Positions 29,495 through 38,808 of a stretch of DNA of 64,000 nucleotides are shown in pieces. Source of the DNA: Nanobdellota archaeon. Lineage in GTDB: Archaea > Nanobdellota > Nanobdellia > PEZQ01. The stretch covers positions 24,274-88,273 of the forward strand of contig JAAOXS010000021.1 of NCBI GenBank assembly GCA_018220985.1. The letters run 5' to 3'. Under the pieces are notes generated by a model. It ran no database searches. It was not told where the DNA came from and was given only the letters and a program-made list of their open reading frames with translations. The stretch's first letter is position 1. Each line of letters opens with the position of its first letter. Position numbers and translations under genes: made by a program.

Positions 29495-30196
29495 TTATTT
29501 TATCAAATTTAGATAAGAATCAATTTCTTCAACACTAACAGCGCAACCTTTCAACTTCAAACTCCACAACAAACCCGCAAGAATACGCTGACGCTTATTA
29601 TCCAAATTCAACAAACTCTCATTCTCAAAATTGGAGAAAAAACCATTCTCAAAAGCGAAAACGCCCACCTCAATACTACGCACAACTTTAACAGCACCAA
29701 TTAATGACTTAACACTATCCAACTCACCGCTAACAATTTTAACATGAGTATGCAACTTTTTCTCCTGACGCGCACGCAAACGCTCAGGACTCTCAATAAA
29801 CAAACGAGTATTACGCTCATCCATCAAAACAACCTTAGCACCTAAATGCTTAGCTAACGCAAGCATTTCAGCCTCACCCCAATGAATAATTTGAATAGGA
29901 TTACCCTTAGCAACAAAACACTTATTGCAAGAACGAATAATCCTATCAGTTAAAGATTTAACCTCATCATTCTCAACAAACTCGATAACACCCGACTTGA
30001 TTAACTCCAAAATCCTAAAACCCTCCAAACGAAACTTCTTACTCTCAATAGCTTTAACCACAGTCTCATTCAAAACTTTCCTACCAACAACGAAACGCAC
30101 GTCAAACTCATTTTTTAAACGAGACAACACACCAAGCAAACAATTACTAGACAAACTAATAATAGAAGATGAATCAACAACAATAGTCTCAGTCAT
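29495..30196 (-). CDS. PIN-domain protein (DUF3368/COG2405-like) with C-terminal extension
   Basis: IVVDSSSIISL (first acidic residue), GEAEMLALAKHLGAKVVLMDERNTR (the E and D of the PIN catalytic set). Confidence 0.55.
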   Translation of the reverse strand: MTETIVVDSSSIISLSSNCLLGVLSRLKNEFDVRFVVGRKVLNETVVKAIESKKFRLEGFRILELIKSGVIEFVENDEVKSLTDRIIRSCNKCFVAKGNPIQIIHWGEAEMLALAKHLGAKVVLMDERNTRLFIESPERLRARQEKKLHTHVKIVSGELDSVKSLIGAVKVVRSIEVGVFAFENGFFSNFENESLLNLDNKRQRILAGLLWSLKLKGCAVSVEEIDSYLNLIK

Positions 30197-30780
30197 TTAC
30201 GCTTTAAAACCTCCTTAAGCACAGCATAACGATCACCAACGCCCTCCGTAATCAAACCCTTATAATCATGACTCTTAGTATGCCCAAGATAAGACATTGC
30301 CTCCCACTCACTAATATCTAATAATTCAGCAACCCTGCCCATACTAACACCATGCTCGTAAATCTTCCACGCTTTAGCAACTCGCGCTTTTTCCAAAACG
30401 TACTGCAAATGCTCTGAAAACTCTTTATCAGCAACACTGATTAATCGAGTTAATTTTTTTAATGAATTAGAAACGTTTCCAACCTCACGTTTTTTAAGCG
30501 CGTTACGAGCTGTAACCAACTGCTTAGTCACGTCACGCCAGAAAGAACGCCAATAATTCCTATTCTTCCGCTCGTACTTTGATTTCTCAAAAAGTTTTGA
30601 TAACGCGTAAACAATAATGCTTGTTTGCACTGAATGCCTGTCCTGAAAAATACTCGCGTTATGAATGATGTGATCACTCCATTCTTTAATGTGCTTTGAA
30701 TCATTATTTTTCAAACCAATTAACACGTTATTGACTACGTCAAGAATATCACCAAAAATGGCATCACTTCTCTCACTCAT
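30193..30780 (-). CDS. UPF0175-like HTH protein with long N-terminal helical extension (putative antitoxin partner)
   Basis: The C-terminal KIYEHGVSMGRVAELLDISEWEAMSYLG matches the UPF0175 pattern (lY..g.lSlgkAAelagms..ef...L). 4-bp overlap with the PIN gene. Confidence 0.45.
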   Translation of the reverse strand: MSERSDAIFGDILDVVNNVLIGLKNNDSKHIKEWSDHIIHNASIFQDRHSVQTSIIVYALSKLFEKSKYERKNRNYWRSFWRDVTKQLVTARNALKKREVGNVSNSLKKLTRLISVADKEFSEHLQYVLEKARVAKAWKIYEHGVSMGRVAELLDISEWEAMSYLGHTKSHDYKGLITEGVGDRYAVLKEVLKRK

Positions 30781-30867
30781 TAATACAAAAATAATACTTA
30801 CTAATTAATTATAATTGCGGTCGAAAGACAACAACCATTATTAAACATAAATGATTACACAAACCAA

Positions 30868-32742
30868 ATGAAATTTTTTCCCTACGCGCAAGTGCGAAAA
30901 CACCAAGACGCGTTTATTAAAGACGTGAACGAAACACTTGAGAAAAAAAAGATTTTACTTGCAAACGCGCCAACAGGAATTGGGAAAACAGCAGCAGTGC
31001 TAAGCCCTGCAATTGAATACGCAATAAAACATGACAAAACAATTTTCTTTCTAACACCAAGACACACGCAACATAAAGTAGTAATAGAAACGCTAAGACT
31101 AATACATGAAAAAGGAATTAATTTTTCTGCAATAGACATAATAGGAAAAAAATGGATGTGCGCAATACCGGGTTCAACTAATTTGAACTCAACAGACTTC
31201 TCACAACTATGCAAACAACTAAGAGAAAATAATGCTTGCAAATACTACGAAGCATCAAAAAAGAATAAAAATGTTTTAACAGAAATATTACACGTAGAGG
31301 AAGCAGTAGAGCAACTAACAGAACAAGGACTCTGCCCGTATTATACAACAATTGCTTTTGCGAAAAAAGCAAAAGTGATTATCGGCGATTACTATCACGT
31401 GTTCAGTGAAAACACGCGGAAAGCACTTTTCAAACACACAGAAAAAGAACTGAAAGATGCAATACTCATAATTGATGAAGCGCATAACCTGCCTGGAAGA
31501 ATACGAGAACTGCTAAGCGCCCGAACAAGCAATCTATCATTATCACTCGCGTTCAGAGAAGCGCAAAAATACAACAAACAAACAGCAGATACAATACAAC
31601 AAATCGGAAACGCGCTGAAAAACAAAGGGGATACAATGCATGGGGAAGAAGGATTAATACACCGCGAATGGTTCTTACAAGAACTTGAAGAATCATTAAC
31701 AACCACTATTGAAAACTTTTTAATAACACTTGAAAAAATAGCTGAAAAAACAAGAGAAAACAAGAAAAACAGTTATTGTGGAGCACTAGCCGACTTCATA
31801 GAAAACTGGATGACACAACACGAAGAATACGTAAGATTCATACGCAGAGAGAGCTTCAAAGGAAAAGAATACTACTCACTGAACAATAATTGTTTATCAC
31901 CTGCAATAATAACTTCAAACGTGCTAAAAAGCAGTCACTCAACAATACTGATGAGCGGAACACTACAACCACTTGAAATGTACGCGGACTTGTTAGGCAC
32001 GCCAAACGCAATCCTAAAAAAATATGAATCACCGTTTCCTAAAAAAAACAGGACAATACTTATAGTACCTGAAACAACAACAAAATACTCAAAACGCTCT
32101 GAGAACGAATACAAAAACATAGCTGAAAAATGCGTGAAAATAATAAACTCGCAAAAAGTGAACACTGCAATATTCTTTCCATCATACGCTCTGAAAAACG
32201 ATATATACCAATACATACGAGACACGTCAGAAAAAACAATATTCATTGAAAGACAGAACATGACAAAACAAGAAAAAACAGAAATGATAGAAAAATTCAA
32301 AAAATACTCACAAAATGGGGGAGCAACGCTTTTAGGAGTCATATCCGGAAACTTCGCAGAAGGAATAGACTATCCTGGGGAATTCTTACAAATGATAATA
32401 GTCGTTGGAATACCACTTGCAAAACCGAACTTGAACACGCGCGCAATAATACAATACTACCAAAACAGTTTTGGAAAAGGATGGGAATATGGGTACACTT
32501 ACCCTGCAATCACGAAAGTACTGCAAGCAAGCGGAAGAGCGATAAGAAGTGAGAATGATAAAGGGGCAATAATACTATTAGACGAAAGATACATACACGA
32601 AAATTACTTACCATCACTACCTGAAGATGTGGAAATCACCACGAAACCCGTAGAAAAAATAAACAAATTTTTTAACAAAAACATTATAGAAAACAACTAT
32701 GAAAATATCAACAAAAATTTTGAAACTAAAAAAATCGAATAA
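30868..32742 (+). CDS. xpd: XPD/Rad3-type 5'-3' DNA helicase
   Basis: Contains Walker A ANAPTGIGKT, a DEAH box (IIDEAHNL), four Fe-S cluster cysteines (C..CKQLRENNACKYY...GLCPYY) and the C-terminal motif QASGRAIRS. Confidence 0.85.
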   Translation: MKFFPYAQVRKHQDAFIKDVNETLEKKKILLANAPTGIGKTAAVLSPAIEYAIKHDKTIFFLTPRHTQHKVVIETLRLIHEKGINFSAIDIIGKKWMCAIPGSTNLNSTDFSQLCKQLRENNACKYYEASKKNKNVLTEILHVEEAVEQLTEQGLCPYYTTIAFAKKAKVIIGDYYHVFSENTRKALFKHTEKELKDAILIIDEAHNLPGRIRELLSARTSNLSLSLAFREAQKYNKQTADTIQQIGNALKNKGDTMHGEEGLIHREWFLQELEESLTTTIENFLITLEKIAEKTRENKKNSYCGALADFIENWMTQHEEYVRFIRRESFKGKEYYSLNNNCLSPAIITSNVLKSSHSTILMSGTLQPLEMYADLLGTPNAILKKYESPFPKKNRTILIVPETTTKYSKRSENEYKNIAEKCVKIINSQKVNTAIFFPSYALKNDIYQYIRDTSEKTIFIERQNMTKQEKTEMIEKFKKYSQNGGATLLGVISGNFAEGIDYPGEFLQMIIVVGIPLAKPNLNTRAIIQYYQNSFGKGWEYGYTYPAITKVLQASGRAIRSENDKGAIILLDERYIHENYLPSLPEDVEITTKPVEKINKFFNKNIIENNYENINKNFETKKIE

Positions 32743-33541
32743 ACAAATTAAACAACTAACATTCACTACTCCTAAAAAATCAACAGTTTCAAAACACTCC
32801 AACCTAACAACGTGTTTGAAAAAAATAAACGGACTGAACAATGTTAAAGGTAAAGTATTAATTAAAGTAAACCTGAACTCTGATGACAAATACCCTGGAA
32901 CAAGCAATCCGAAAACTTTAAGCGAACTAATAAAATTGTTGCAAAAGAAAACTAAAAAAATATTTGTAGGAGACCGCTCAAGCATTTTTTGGGAAGGAAC
33001 ACGCGAAAACGCTGAAAAAGTAGGAATAACGCAAGCAACAGAAAAAGCAGGAGCGGAAATGGTATACTTTGAAAATCATCCTTGGATAAAAACGCGTGAC
33101 TTCTGGATAACAGAAAAAATACTTGACTACGACCACGTAATAAACTTGGCAGTTCTAAAAACGCACAGAATAGCGGGGATAACATTATCCTTGAAAAACA
33201 TGATGGGCATCACGCATCCCAGAACTAGATTATTCATGCACGCTCATAACTTGAACAAGAAAATAGCAAGAATAAACACTCTAATAAATCCAACAATAAA
33301 CATAATAGACGGCACGAAATGCTTTATAGACGGCGGACCTGACACAGGTGTGCTGAAACAAGGAAAAATAATTCTCGCATCAAAAGATAGAATAGCCCTT
33401 GATGTTATAAGCTTTAAAGAATTACAACAACTCGGTTCAAAAAGTTTAGCTAGAAAAAATCCTTGGAAACACCCTCAAATCAAGGAAGCAGTAAAACTAA
33501 AACTCGGCGTTAACTCTGATAAAAAAATAATCATAAAATGA
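32699..33541 (+). CDS. DUF362-family protein
   Basis: Contains KVLIKVNLNS, NLAVLKTHRIAGITLSLKNMMG and IIDGTKCFIDGGP. Overlaps the xpd 3' end by 44 nt. Confidence 0.6.
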   Translation: MKISTKILKLKKSNKQIKQLTFTTPKKSTVSKHSNLTTCLKKINGLNNVKGKVLIKVNLNSDDKYPGTSNPKTLSELIKLLQKKTKKIFVGDRSSIFWEGTRENAEKVGITQATEKAGAEMVYFENHPWIKTRDFWITEKILDYDHVINLAVLKTHRIAGITLSLKNMMGITHPRTRLFMHAHNLNKKIARINTLINPTINIIDGTKCFIDGGPDTGVLKQGKIILASKDRIALDVISFKELQQLGSKSLARKNPWKHPQIKEAVKLKLGVNSDKKIIIK

Positions 33542-33555
33542 AAAAAATAGGAAAA

Positions 33556-33627
33556 AGCTTCGAGAGGGAGTCGAACCCCCGACCTACAGCTTACAAGGCT
33601 GTTGCTCTACCACTGAGCTACCGAAGC
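33556..33627 (-). tRNA. tRNA-Thr (anticodon UGU)
   Basis: Hand-folded cloverleaf: GCTTCGG/TCGAAGC acceptor (one G-U), GCTC-AGTGGTA-GAGC D arm, ACAGC-CTTGTAA-GCTGT anticodon arm, GGGGG-TTCGACT-CCCTC T arm. No encoded CCA. Confidence 0.85.
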
Positions 33628-33710
33628 AACTGAAAAAAAACAAGCCACTGCCTTTTAAAAACTTTATCTGTTCAACAAACTTAAAATATTCAAAAAAATA
33701 TAATAAAACT

Positions 33711-34133
33711 ATGTCAAACAGTACTGTAACAGAAATTAAAGAACTACTAAAAATACCTGACGAAAAAAAAATTGAATACAAAGAATATGGAGGATTCTGG
33801 AGAAGAGCATTAGCAACAATAATTGATGCAATCATAATATCATTTGCAGTAACAATACCTTACGGATGGGTAGTATCATTAGCGTACTATCCACTACTAA
33901 TTGCTTTCTACGGACAAACAATAGGAAAAAAATTGTTAGGACTAATGGTCGTGAACAAAGATGGCAAATCTCCAATCGGAATATTTGATGCAATAGTAAG
34001 AGAATGGCTTGGCAAATTCGTACTATTAATCATAAACCTTTTCTTCTTCATAGGATTCCTCTTAATCGGATTAGACTCTAAGAAAGAAGGAATACACGAC
34101 AAAATCGCTAAAACACGCGTGGTCAGGGTTTAA
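33711..34133 (+). CDS. RDD-family membrane protein
   Basis: GFWRRALATIIDAIIISF is followed by 3 TM segments and a conserved D near the C-terminus (GIHDKIAKT). Confidence 0.65.
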   Translation: MSNSTVTEIKELLKIPDEKKIEYKEYGGFWRRALATIIDAIIISFAVTIPYGWVVSLAYYPLLIAFYGQTIGKKLLGLMVVNKDGKSPIGIFDAIVREWLGKFVLLIINLFFFIGFLLIGLDSKKEGIHDKIAKTRVVRV

Positions 34134-34168
34134 AAAAAAAAAAAAAATTTTTATTTTTTTTATTTTTT
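34132..34168. terminator. A16 run followed by T5-A-T9-A-T6 between convergent genes, candidate bidirectional oligo-T terminator
   Basis: Read directly from the sequence. Either strand presents long oligo-T tracts immediately after its stop codon, and oligo-T is the known archaeal termination signal. Confidence 0.35.
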
Positions 34169-35122
34169 ATTATAATTATTTATAATTCCATCTAATAATA
34201 ACTCACTTGCTTTATGAGAACTAATATTAGTAGTATCAATCTTCGTGTGATTCCAACCATTTTCTTTAACAGAATCTAAAAACACTGATATCTTACATTG
34301 AATCGCAGTAGCATACTCCGGATCATCTTCACCTGAATCTGACCTGTCTGGATCTGTTAACATCCTATTTTCCACACGTCGCATTATTTCATCTACGCTA
34401 GCAGTAATTCGAAAATAATGATCTGGCTTATGATCATCTAAAACTTTTGGAAGAAAATTAAAATACCTTTTAGAAATGAGATTTGTTAACCCATTATTCT
34501 TATTAAAAAATTCACTCATAGGACTATTAAAAAAATCATTAATAACAGCATACCGATTCATACCTTGTTTATGAGAAATATTAATATTAAGCACATTTTT
34601 TAAGTCAGCTACGTCTTTTTCAGTTACTTCACCTTCAAAAGCGCCAAGACTCTGAAAATAAGGAGTATAAGCTTTAACAGTATCCCAAAAACTAATATCA
34701 TTAACTTGAATAATATCTTTTTTCAAAGAATTCGCAAGCAACCTTACAAGAAAAAATTGTAAATTTGGCTGAATAGCAAAAGCTGACTGCCCAACTATTG
34801 GATTATACTTATTCTTAGAACCTATAAGCTTTGAATGATCAATAAAACCAGTATAATCTGAAACCCACTCCTTAAAAATCAAAAAATAAACATTCTCAAA
34901 CTCAAAAATTTTTCCACCAGACTTACCACCATTAGTTATTGGAAAACTTATAGCATTCTCACCAACAATATTATTAATCAATTCTGTTGTCAAAACTTTT
35001 TTTCCAAGAAATTTTCCTAAAACAGGATTACACTCGATTTCTAATAATTTTTCAAGAGATTTTAGGGTTTCTGTTTTACCACTACAATACTCTCCACCAC
35101 AATGAACAACAAAAAGACCCAT
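34160..35122 (-). CDS. P-loop NTPase/kinase-like protein (320 aa), possibly deoxynucleoside-kinase-like
   Basis: Walker A is GGEYCSGKTE at the N-terminus, and a basic lid-like segment IMRRVENRM lies near the C-terminus. The assignment beyond P-loop is weak. Confidence 0.5.
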   Translation of the reverse strand: MGLFVVHCGGEYCSGKTETLKSLEKLLEIECNPVLGKFLGKKVLTTELINNIVGENAISFPITNGGKSGGKIFEFENVYFLIFKEWVSDYTGFIDHSKLIGSKNKYNPIVGQSAFAIQPNLQFFLVRLLANSLKKDIIQVNDISFWDTVKAYTPYFQSLGAFEGEVTEKDVADLKNVLNINISHKQGMNRYAVINDFFNSPMSEFFNKNNGLTNLISKRYFNFLPKVLDDHKPDHYFRITASVDEIMRRVENRMLTDPDRSDSGEDDPEYATAIQCKISVFLDSVKENGWNHTKIDTTNISSHKASELLLDGIINNYNKK

Positions 35123-35194
35123 TACAAATTTAATAAAATATTTTAAACAAATAAAAAGAAATTCTTAACACCAATATAATAATAGTTAATGAAA

Positions 35195-35701
35195 TTACTT
35201 ACTAATATTCTTCCTTAACAAATCCAAAATATTACTCGACTTATCTTGAGGTAAACCTTCAATAGTGATTTCGGGAACAGGCATGCCACGAGACCCGCTT
35301 AACTGACCGGCAGTATGAATATTCACATGACTAATCTTCACCAATTGCTCAACAACGCCCTGCTCAGAACTAATATTCGTAATCTTATTAAAACTTACAA
35401 ACTTATCAAACTTCCAAAAAATACCACCCTTAAAATGAACACCCTTACTCGTAATCACGTAAGCATAAGTTTTACGCAAAAAATCATAATAAACCATTAA
35501 AACAATAGCGCCAACAAACAAAACAATCAAAAACAAATTAAACAAACCTCCAATCAAACCAGATAAACTAATCAAACTCGTAAAAATAATGACAACAAAA
35601 ACTAAACCACCAACAAGAATAGCGCCACCCTTACCAATAAGCCAAGGATAAACTACCTTATCATCAGGCGAATGCTTAAACAAAACCTTATCAACAACCA
35701 T
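35195..35701 (-). CDS. membrane protein with bacterial PH domain (bPH_2/YdbS-like, DUF304)
   Basis: Two TM helices are followed by YAYVITSKGVHFKGGIFWKFDKFVSFNKITNISSEQGVVEQLVKISHVNIHTAG. Confidence 0.6.
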   Translation of the reverse strand: MVVDKVLFKHSPDDKVVYPWLIGKGGAILVGGLVFVVIIFTSLISLSGLIGGLFNLFLIVLFVGAIVLMVYYDFLRKTYAYVITSKGVHFKGGIFWKFDKFVSFNKITNISSEQGVVEQLVKISHVNIHTAGQLSGSRGMPVPEITIEGLPQDKSSNILDLLRKNISK

Positions 35702-35791
35702 TATACCAAACTAAAAACAGAAATAACATAAAATACTTTTCTATCCCACTCCAAAAAATTTATTAAATAACTATTGTTAATGTGAGTAATC

Positions 35792-36529
35792 ATGTTTGAA
35801 GCAGTTTTGTTAAGCTTAATTGCGGGACTAGCAACAGGCCTTGGCGGACTAATTGGCATACTAATAAAACCCGGAAACAAAACCACTGGCGCAATACTAG
35901 GATTCGCATCAGGAGTTATGATAACACTCGCATTTTTAGACTTAGTAATGCCCGCACTTGCAACAGCAGGATATTTCATAGTCATAATCGGATTCGGCCT
36001 TGGCGCATTCTTAATGTTTGGAGTTGATAACTTCATACCCCACATGTACAGACATGAAAAAGAAAAAGGCATGTTAAAATCAAGAAATTTGAAAACGGGA
36101 ATGCTCGTAGCAATAGGAATTGCAATTCACAATTTTCCAGAAGGAATAGCTGTTGGAGCAGGATACGCGCACGCACCTCAATTCGGGATAATAATTGCAA
36201 TAGCCATTGCATTACACAACATTCCCGAAGGAATTGTAACAGTTATACCATTAATCTCAGCTGGCGTTAAAAAAAAGAAAGCGCTGGCAATATCATTATT
36301 CTCAGGAATTGTCGAACCATTAGGCGCAATAATCGCGCTAACATTTTTAAACAATATAACAGGATTCGTACCTTTTGGCCTAGCCTTTGCAGGAGGCGTA
36401 ATGGCATTCCTAACCCTTGACGAACTAATACCCATGTGCAAAATAAAATCGAACAAAAACTTAACATCAATTGGAATCATTATCGGATGCTTAAGCGTAA
36501 TGACGCTATCAGCAATATTCGGAATATAA
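35792..36529 (+). CDS. zupT: ZIP-family metal transporter (ZupT-like)
   Basis: Two HNFPEG/HNIPEG motifs and about 8 TM segments. Confidence 0.8.
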   Translation: MFEAVLLSLIAGLATGLGGLIGILIKPGNKTTGAILGFASGVMITLAFLDLVMPALATAGYFIVIIGFGLGAFLMFGVDNFIPHMYRHEKEKGMLKSRNLKTGMLVAIGIAIHNFPEGIAVGAGYAHAPQFGIIIAIAIALHNIPEGIVTVIPLISAGVKKKKALAISLFSGIVEPLGAIIALTFLNNITGFVPFGLAFAGGVMAFLTLDELIPMCKIKSNKNLTSIGIIIGCLSVMTLSAIFGI

Positions 36530-36587
36530 ACAAAAAAGGGTTTATGAGTTAAACTTTTAAACAGTTAAAAATTATTATTACACCTAC

Positions 36588-36659
36588 GCATTGGTAGTCT
36601 AGTGGTTAGGATCTTGGCCTTCCAAGCCGAGGACCCGGGTTCAAATCCCGGCCGATGCA
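36588..36659 (+). tRNA. tRNA-Gly (anticodon UCC)
   Basis: Hand-folded cloverleaf: GCATTGG/CCGATGC acceptor, TTGGC-CTTCCAA-GCCGA anticodon arm, CCGGG-TTCAAAT-CCCGG T arm. It is followed by a T-rich hairpin at 36667-36688. Confidence 0.85.
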
Positions 36660-36734
36660 CTACAACCTTTTTTCTTGTAAGAAAAAAGCTTGGGTAAAAA
36701 AGAACCTTAAAATCAATAATTTTTCTGAAAAAAA

Positions 36735-37808
36735 TTAATTTAACTTAGTGTACTTCAACTTACCACCCAAAAAAATTTTACGCGTTTGACCGCGAACACC
36801 TTTACCTGTGAACTCAGTTCTTAACAAACCTAACCTTTCAAGTTTCTCTAAAGAACGGCGAAAACTCCTTTTAGTTAATTTACCGCCTTCTTTAACGTAT
36901 TCTTCAAAAACCATGCCTGAAACCAAACCCTGCGACGCACTAACTAAACCAATAATTATTTGCTCAGATTCACTTAATTTACTAAGCGATGTTTTAATAC
37001 GAAACTCTGATAATTTCTTCAAAGCAACATCAACATCTCCTTGCTCAACTTTAGAACGCTCATTGCTTTCAGCAATGCGAACAGACCTTAACAACAAAAA
37101 CAAGCCCACACGAATATCACAAGCATTATACGTTTCACGAACAACTCTGTTCAACAATAAGTCAGAAAACGCGCCCGGACGAAACGCTTGAGAGCAACGA
37201 GCCTTCAAAATTTCTTTAACTTCCTGAAGAGAATAAGCCTTAAAATGCAAATCATCCACGCTCAAACGTGAAACAATACGAGGCTCAAGACTTAACAAAA
37301 AATCCTTATCATTCGCGATAAGAATCAAAGAAACTTTACCTTCCAAAGCATCAGCGAACCTGTAAATAAAACTTGTATCACGCAACTTATCAACTTCATC
37401 TAAAACAAGAACTAAACCCTTAATTCTTTCAACACGCTTAACGATCTCACGAAAAACGTCATCAGAACTTTTACCCTGATAAAAAAAATAGCCTAAAGCC
37501 TTACCAACATCCACTAAAGCTTGATACTCCCTACTAGAATCCCAACAATTAATGTAAACACACTTAACATCACCACTGTAATCCTCCAACTTTCGAATAA
37601 TATCCAAAGAACATAAAGTTTTACCAAGACCAGGGTCACCGTGAATAAATAAGTTATACGCTTTCTGACCGCGTAACAAAGGCTTAACGCATTCAGCAAT
37701 AACACTTCTTTCATCGTCCCTGAACAAAACGTTCTCAGGGACATGCGAGTAATTCAAAACACCACTCTTAAGAAAAATACTTTCAGACTCCCCACCAAAA
37801 AAACGCAT
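36735..37808 (-). CDS. cdc6: Orc1/Cdc6 replication initiator
   Basis: Contains Walker A GDPGLGKT, Walker B LVLDEVD and a C-terminal wHTH (SFRRSLEKLERLGLLRTEFTGKGVRGQTRKI). Confidence 0.85.
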   Translation of the reverse strand: MRFFGGESESIFLKSGVLNYSHVPENVLFRDDERSVIAECVKPLLRGQKAYNLFIHGDPGLGKTLCSLDIIRKLEDYSGDVKCVYINCWDSSREYQALVDVGKALGYFFYQGKSSDDVFREIVKRVERIKGLVLVLDEVDKLRDTSFIYRFADALEGKVSLILIANDKDFLLSLEPRIVSRLSVDDLHFKAYSLQEVKEILKARCSQAFRPGAFSDLLLNRVVRETYNACDIRVGLFLLLRSVRIAESNERSKVEQGDVDVALKKLSEFRIKTSLSKLSESEQIIIGLVSASQGLVSGMVFEEYVKEGGKLTKRSFRRSLEKLERLGLLRTEFTGKGVRGQTRKIFLGGKLKYTKLN

Positions 37809-37879
37809 GATTACCGGACATATGGTTGCACTTGTTTATTAAATAATTTTTGCTTCAAACAAACAGAGGTGATAATAAA

Positions 37880-38032
37880 ATGAACACAAAACTAACTGAA
37901 ATTCCAGTTGAGGGAATGTGCATGAAAGATACAGTTGAAATGCTCGGAAAATTATCAAACATTGGCTACGAAGCAAACATAAAATCCAAGCACGGTACCA
38001 TTGTAATACAACTCAACAAACAAAATGCATAA
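37880..38032 (+). CDS. small protein (50 aa), function unknown
   Basis: A strong Shine-Dalgarno AGAGGTGAT ends 7 nt upstream of ATG 37880. The track ORF begins at an upstream TTG. Confidence 0.4.
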   Translation: MNTKLTEIPVEGMCMKDTVEMLGKLSNIGYEANIKSKHGTIVIQLNKQNA

Positions 38033-38055
38033 TCTAAAAATTCTTTTTCTCCGGC

Positions 38056-38084
38056 GGGAGTGGTTTTTTTTTAGAACCACTCCC
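38056..38084. other. GC-rich perfect 10-bp hairpin (GGGAGTGGTT / AACCACTCCC, 9-nt T-rich loop)
   Basis: Read directly from the sequence. It stands out against the AT-rich background and lies between the small ORF and the HPF-like gene. Confidence 0.4.
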
Positions 38085-38121
38085 TAAAATTATTTAACAA
38101 CAAAAAAACAAGTAAAACACT

Positions 38122-38421
38122 ATGGCAAAAATAACTTTCTCCAACTATGAACAATTAAAACCTGAAGAGCGAGAATACGCTCAAAAACAAATAAACTATT
38201 TCCTAGAAAAAAACAATCCCCTAATAAAAGAAGTTGACACACTGGACATTAGTCTCGCTGAAAAAAGAAGAAGACTCGGCAAATTCGGACTATCCGAAAT
38301 AAACCTTAAAATAGTATGCAGCTATGGCGTATTCCACTCAAACAGTTCAAACTGGAATAAAAAAAAAGCATTAAAAAAAGCACTGGACAAACTTGAAAAA
38401 CAAATAAGAAAAAAACGCTAA
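38122..38421 (+). CDS. possible ribosome hibernation factor (HPF/RaiA, S30AE-like)
   Basis: The 99-aa sequence lines up by eye with the S30AE pattern: KITFSNYEQLKPEEREYAQKQINYF.. against i.itg.n.elt.alreyvekkl.kl, and SEINLKIVCSYGVFHSNSSNWNKKKALKKALDKLEKQIRK against vevtv.v.g..l.a.....d.yaaid.a.dklerqlrk. Confidence 0.45.
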   Translation: MAKITFSNYEQLKPEEREYAQKQINYFLEKNNPLIKEVDTLDISLAEKRRRLGKFGLSEINLKIVCSYGVFHSNSSNWNKKKALKKALDKLEKQIRKKR

Positions 38422-38738
38422 TTAAAAATCATTTGAACCCTAAGCATAAAATCATCCCTTTTAGCTTTAAACAATGATTTTCTGAACTCAGCGCAAACAC
38501 TATCATCACTAACATAAATGTGATTAAGACCATTATCAAGAACTTCCTTAATAATCGCTCTACTTAACAGTTTTTTATTAGAACACTTTGAATTCAAAAT
38601 AATTCTAATATCCTGCTCCAATTTCTTCCAATTACCAACTTTACCACCATAACGTTTCTCATAAGCTCTAACAACTAAACCAACATTTCTTGAAGAACTC
38701 CTAACACCCAACTCTTCCAACAAAACAGTTTTTAACAT
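38418..38738 (-). CDS. hypothetical protein (106 aa)
   Basis: SD GAGGTGG lies 8 nt upstream of the ATG. No motif recognised. Confidence 0.5.
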   Translation of the reverse strand: MLKTVLLEELGVRSSSRNVGLVVRAYEKRYGGKVGNWKKLEQDIRIILNSKCSNKKLLSRAIIKEVLDNGLNHIYVSDDSVCAEFRKSLFKAKRDDFMLRVQMIFN

Positions 38739-38808
38739 TTTAAAACCACCTCAAAAACATTACAAAAAATTGTTATTTAAAAAACAAATTAGACCAGTTG
38801 TCCAGTAA

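Noticed and set aside
33584-33835. An 83-aa minus-strand ORF.
   Set aside because: It overlaps tRNA-Thr and the 5' end of the RDD gene, and its composition looks non-coding.
34132-34170. A long A16/T-run tract was considered as a possible repeat or integration scar.
   Set aside because: It is a single locus between convergent stop codons. It is best explained as oligo-T terminators for both strands.
36530-38121. I searched for origin-recognition-box repeats and an AT-rich unwinding element flanking cdc6.
   Set aside because: I could find no repeated element of 12 nt or longer by eye, so I do not annotate an origin.
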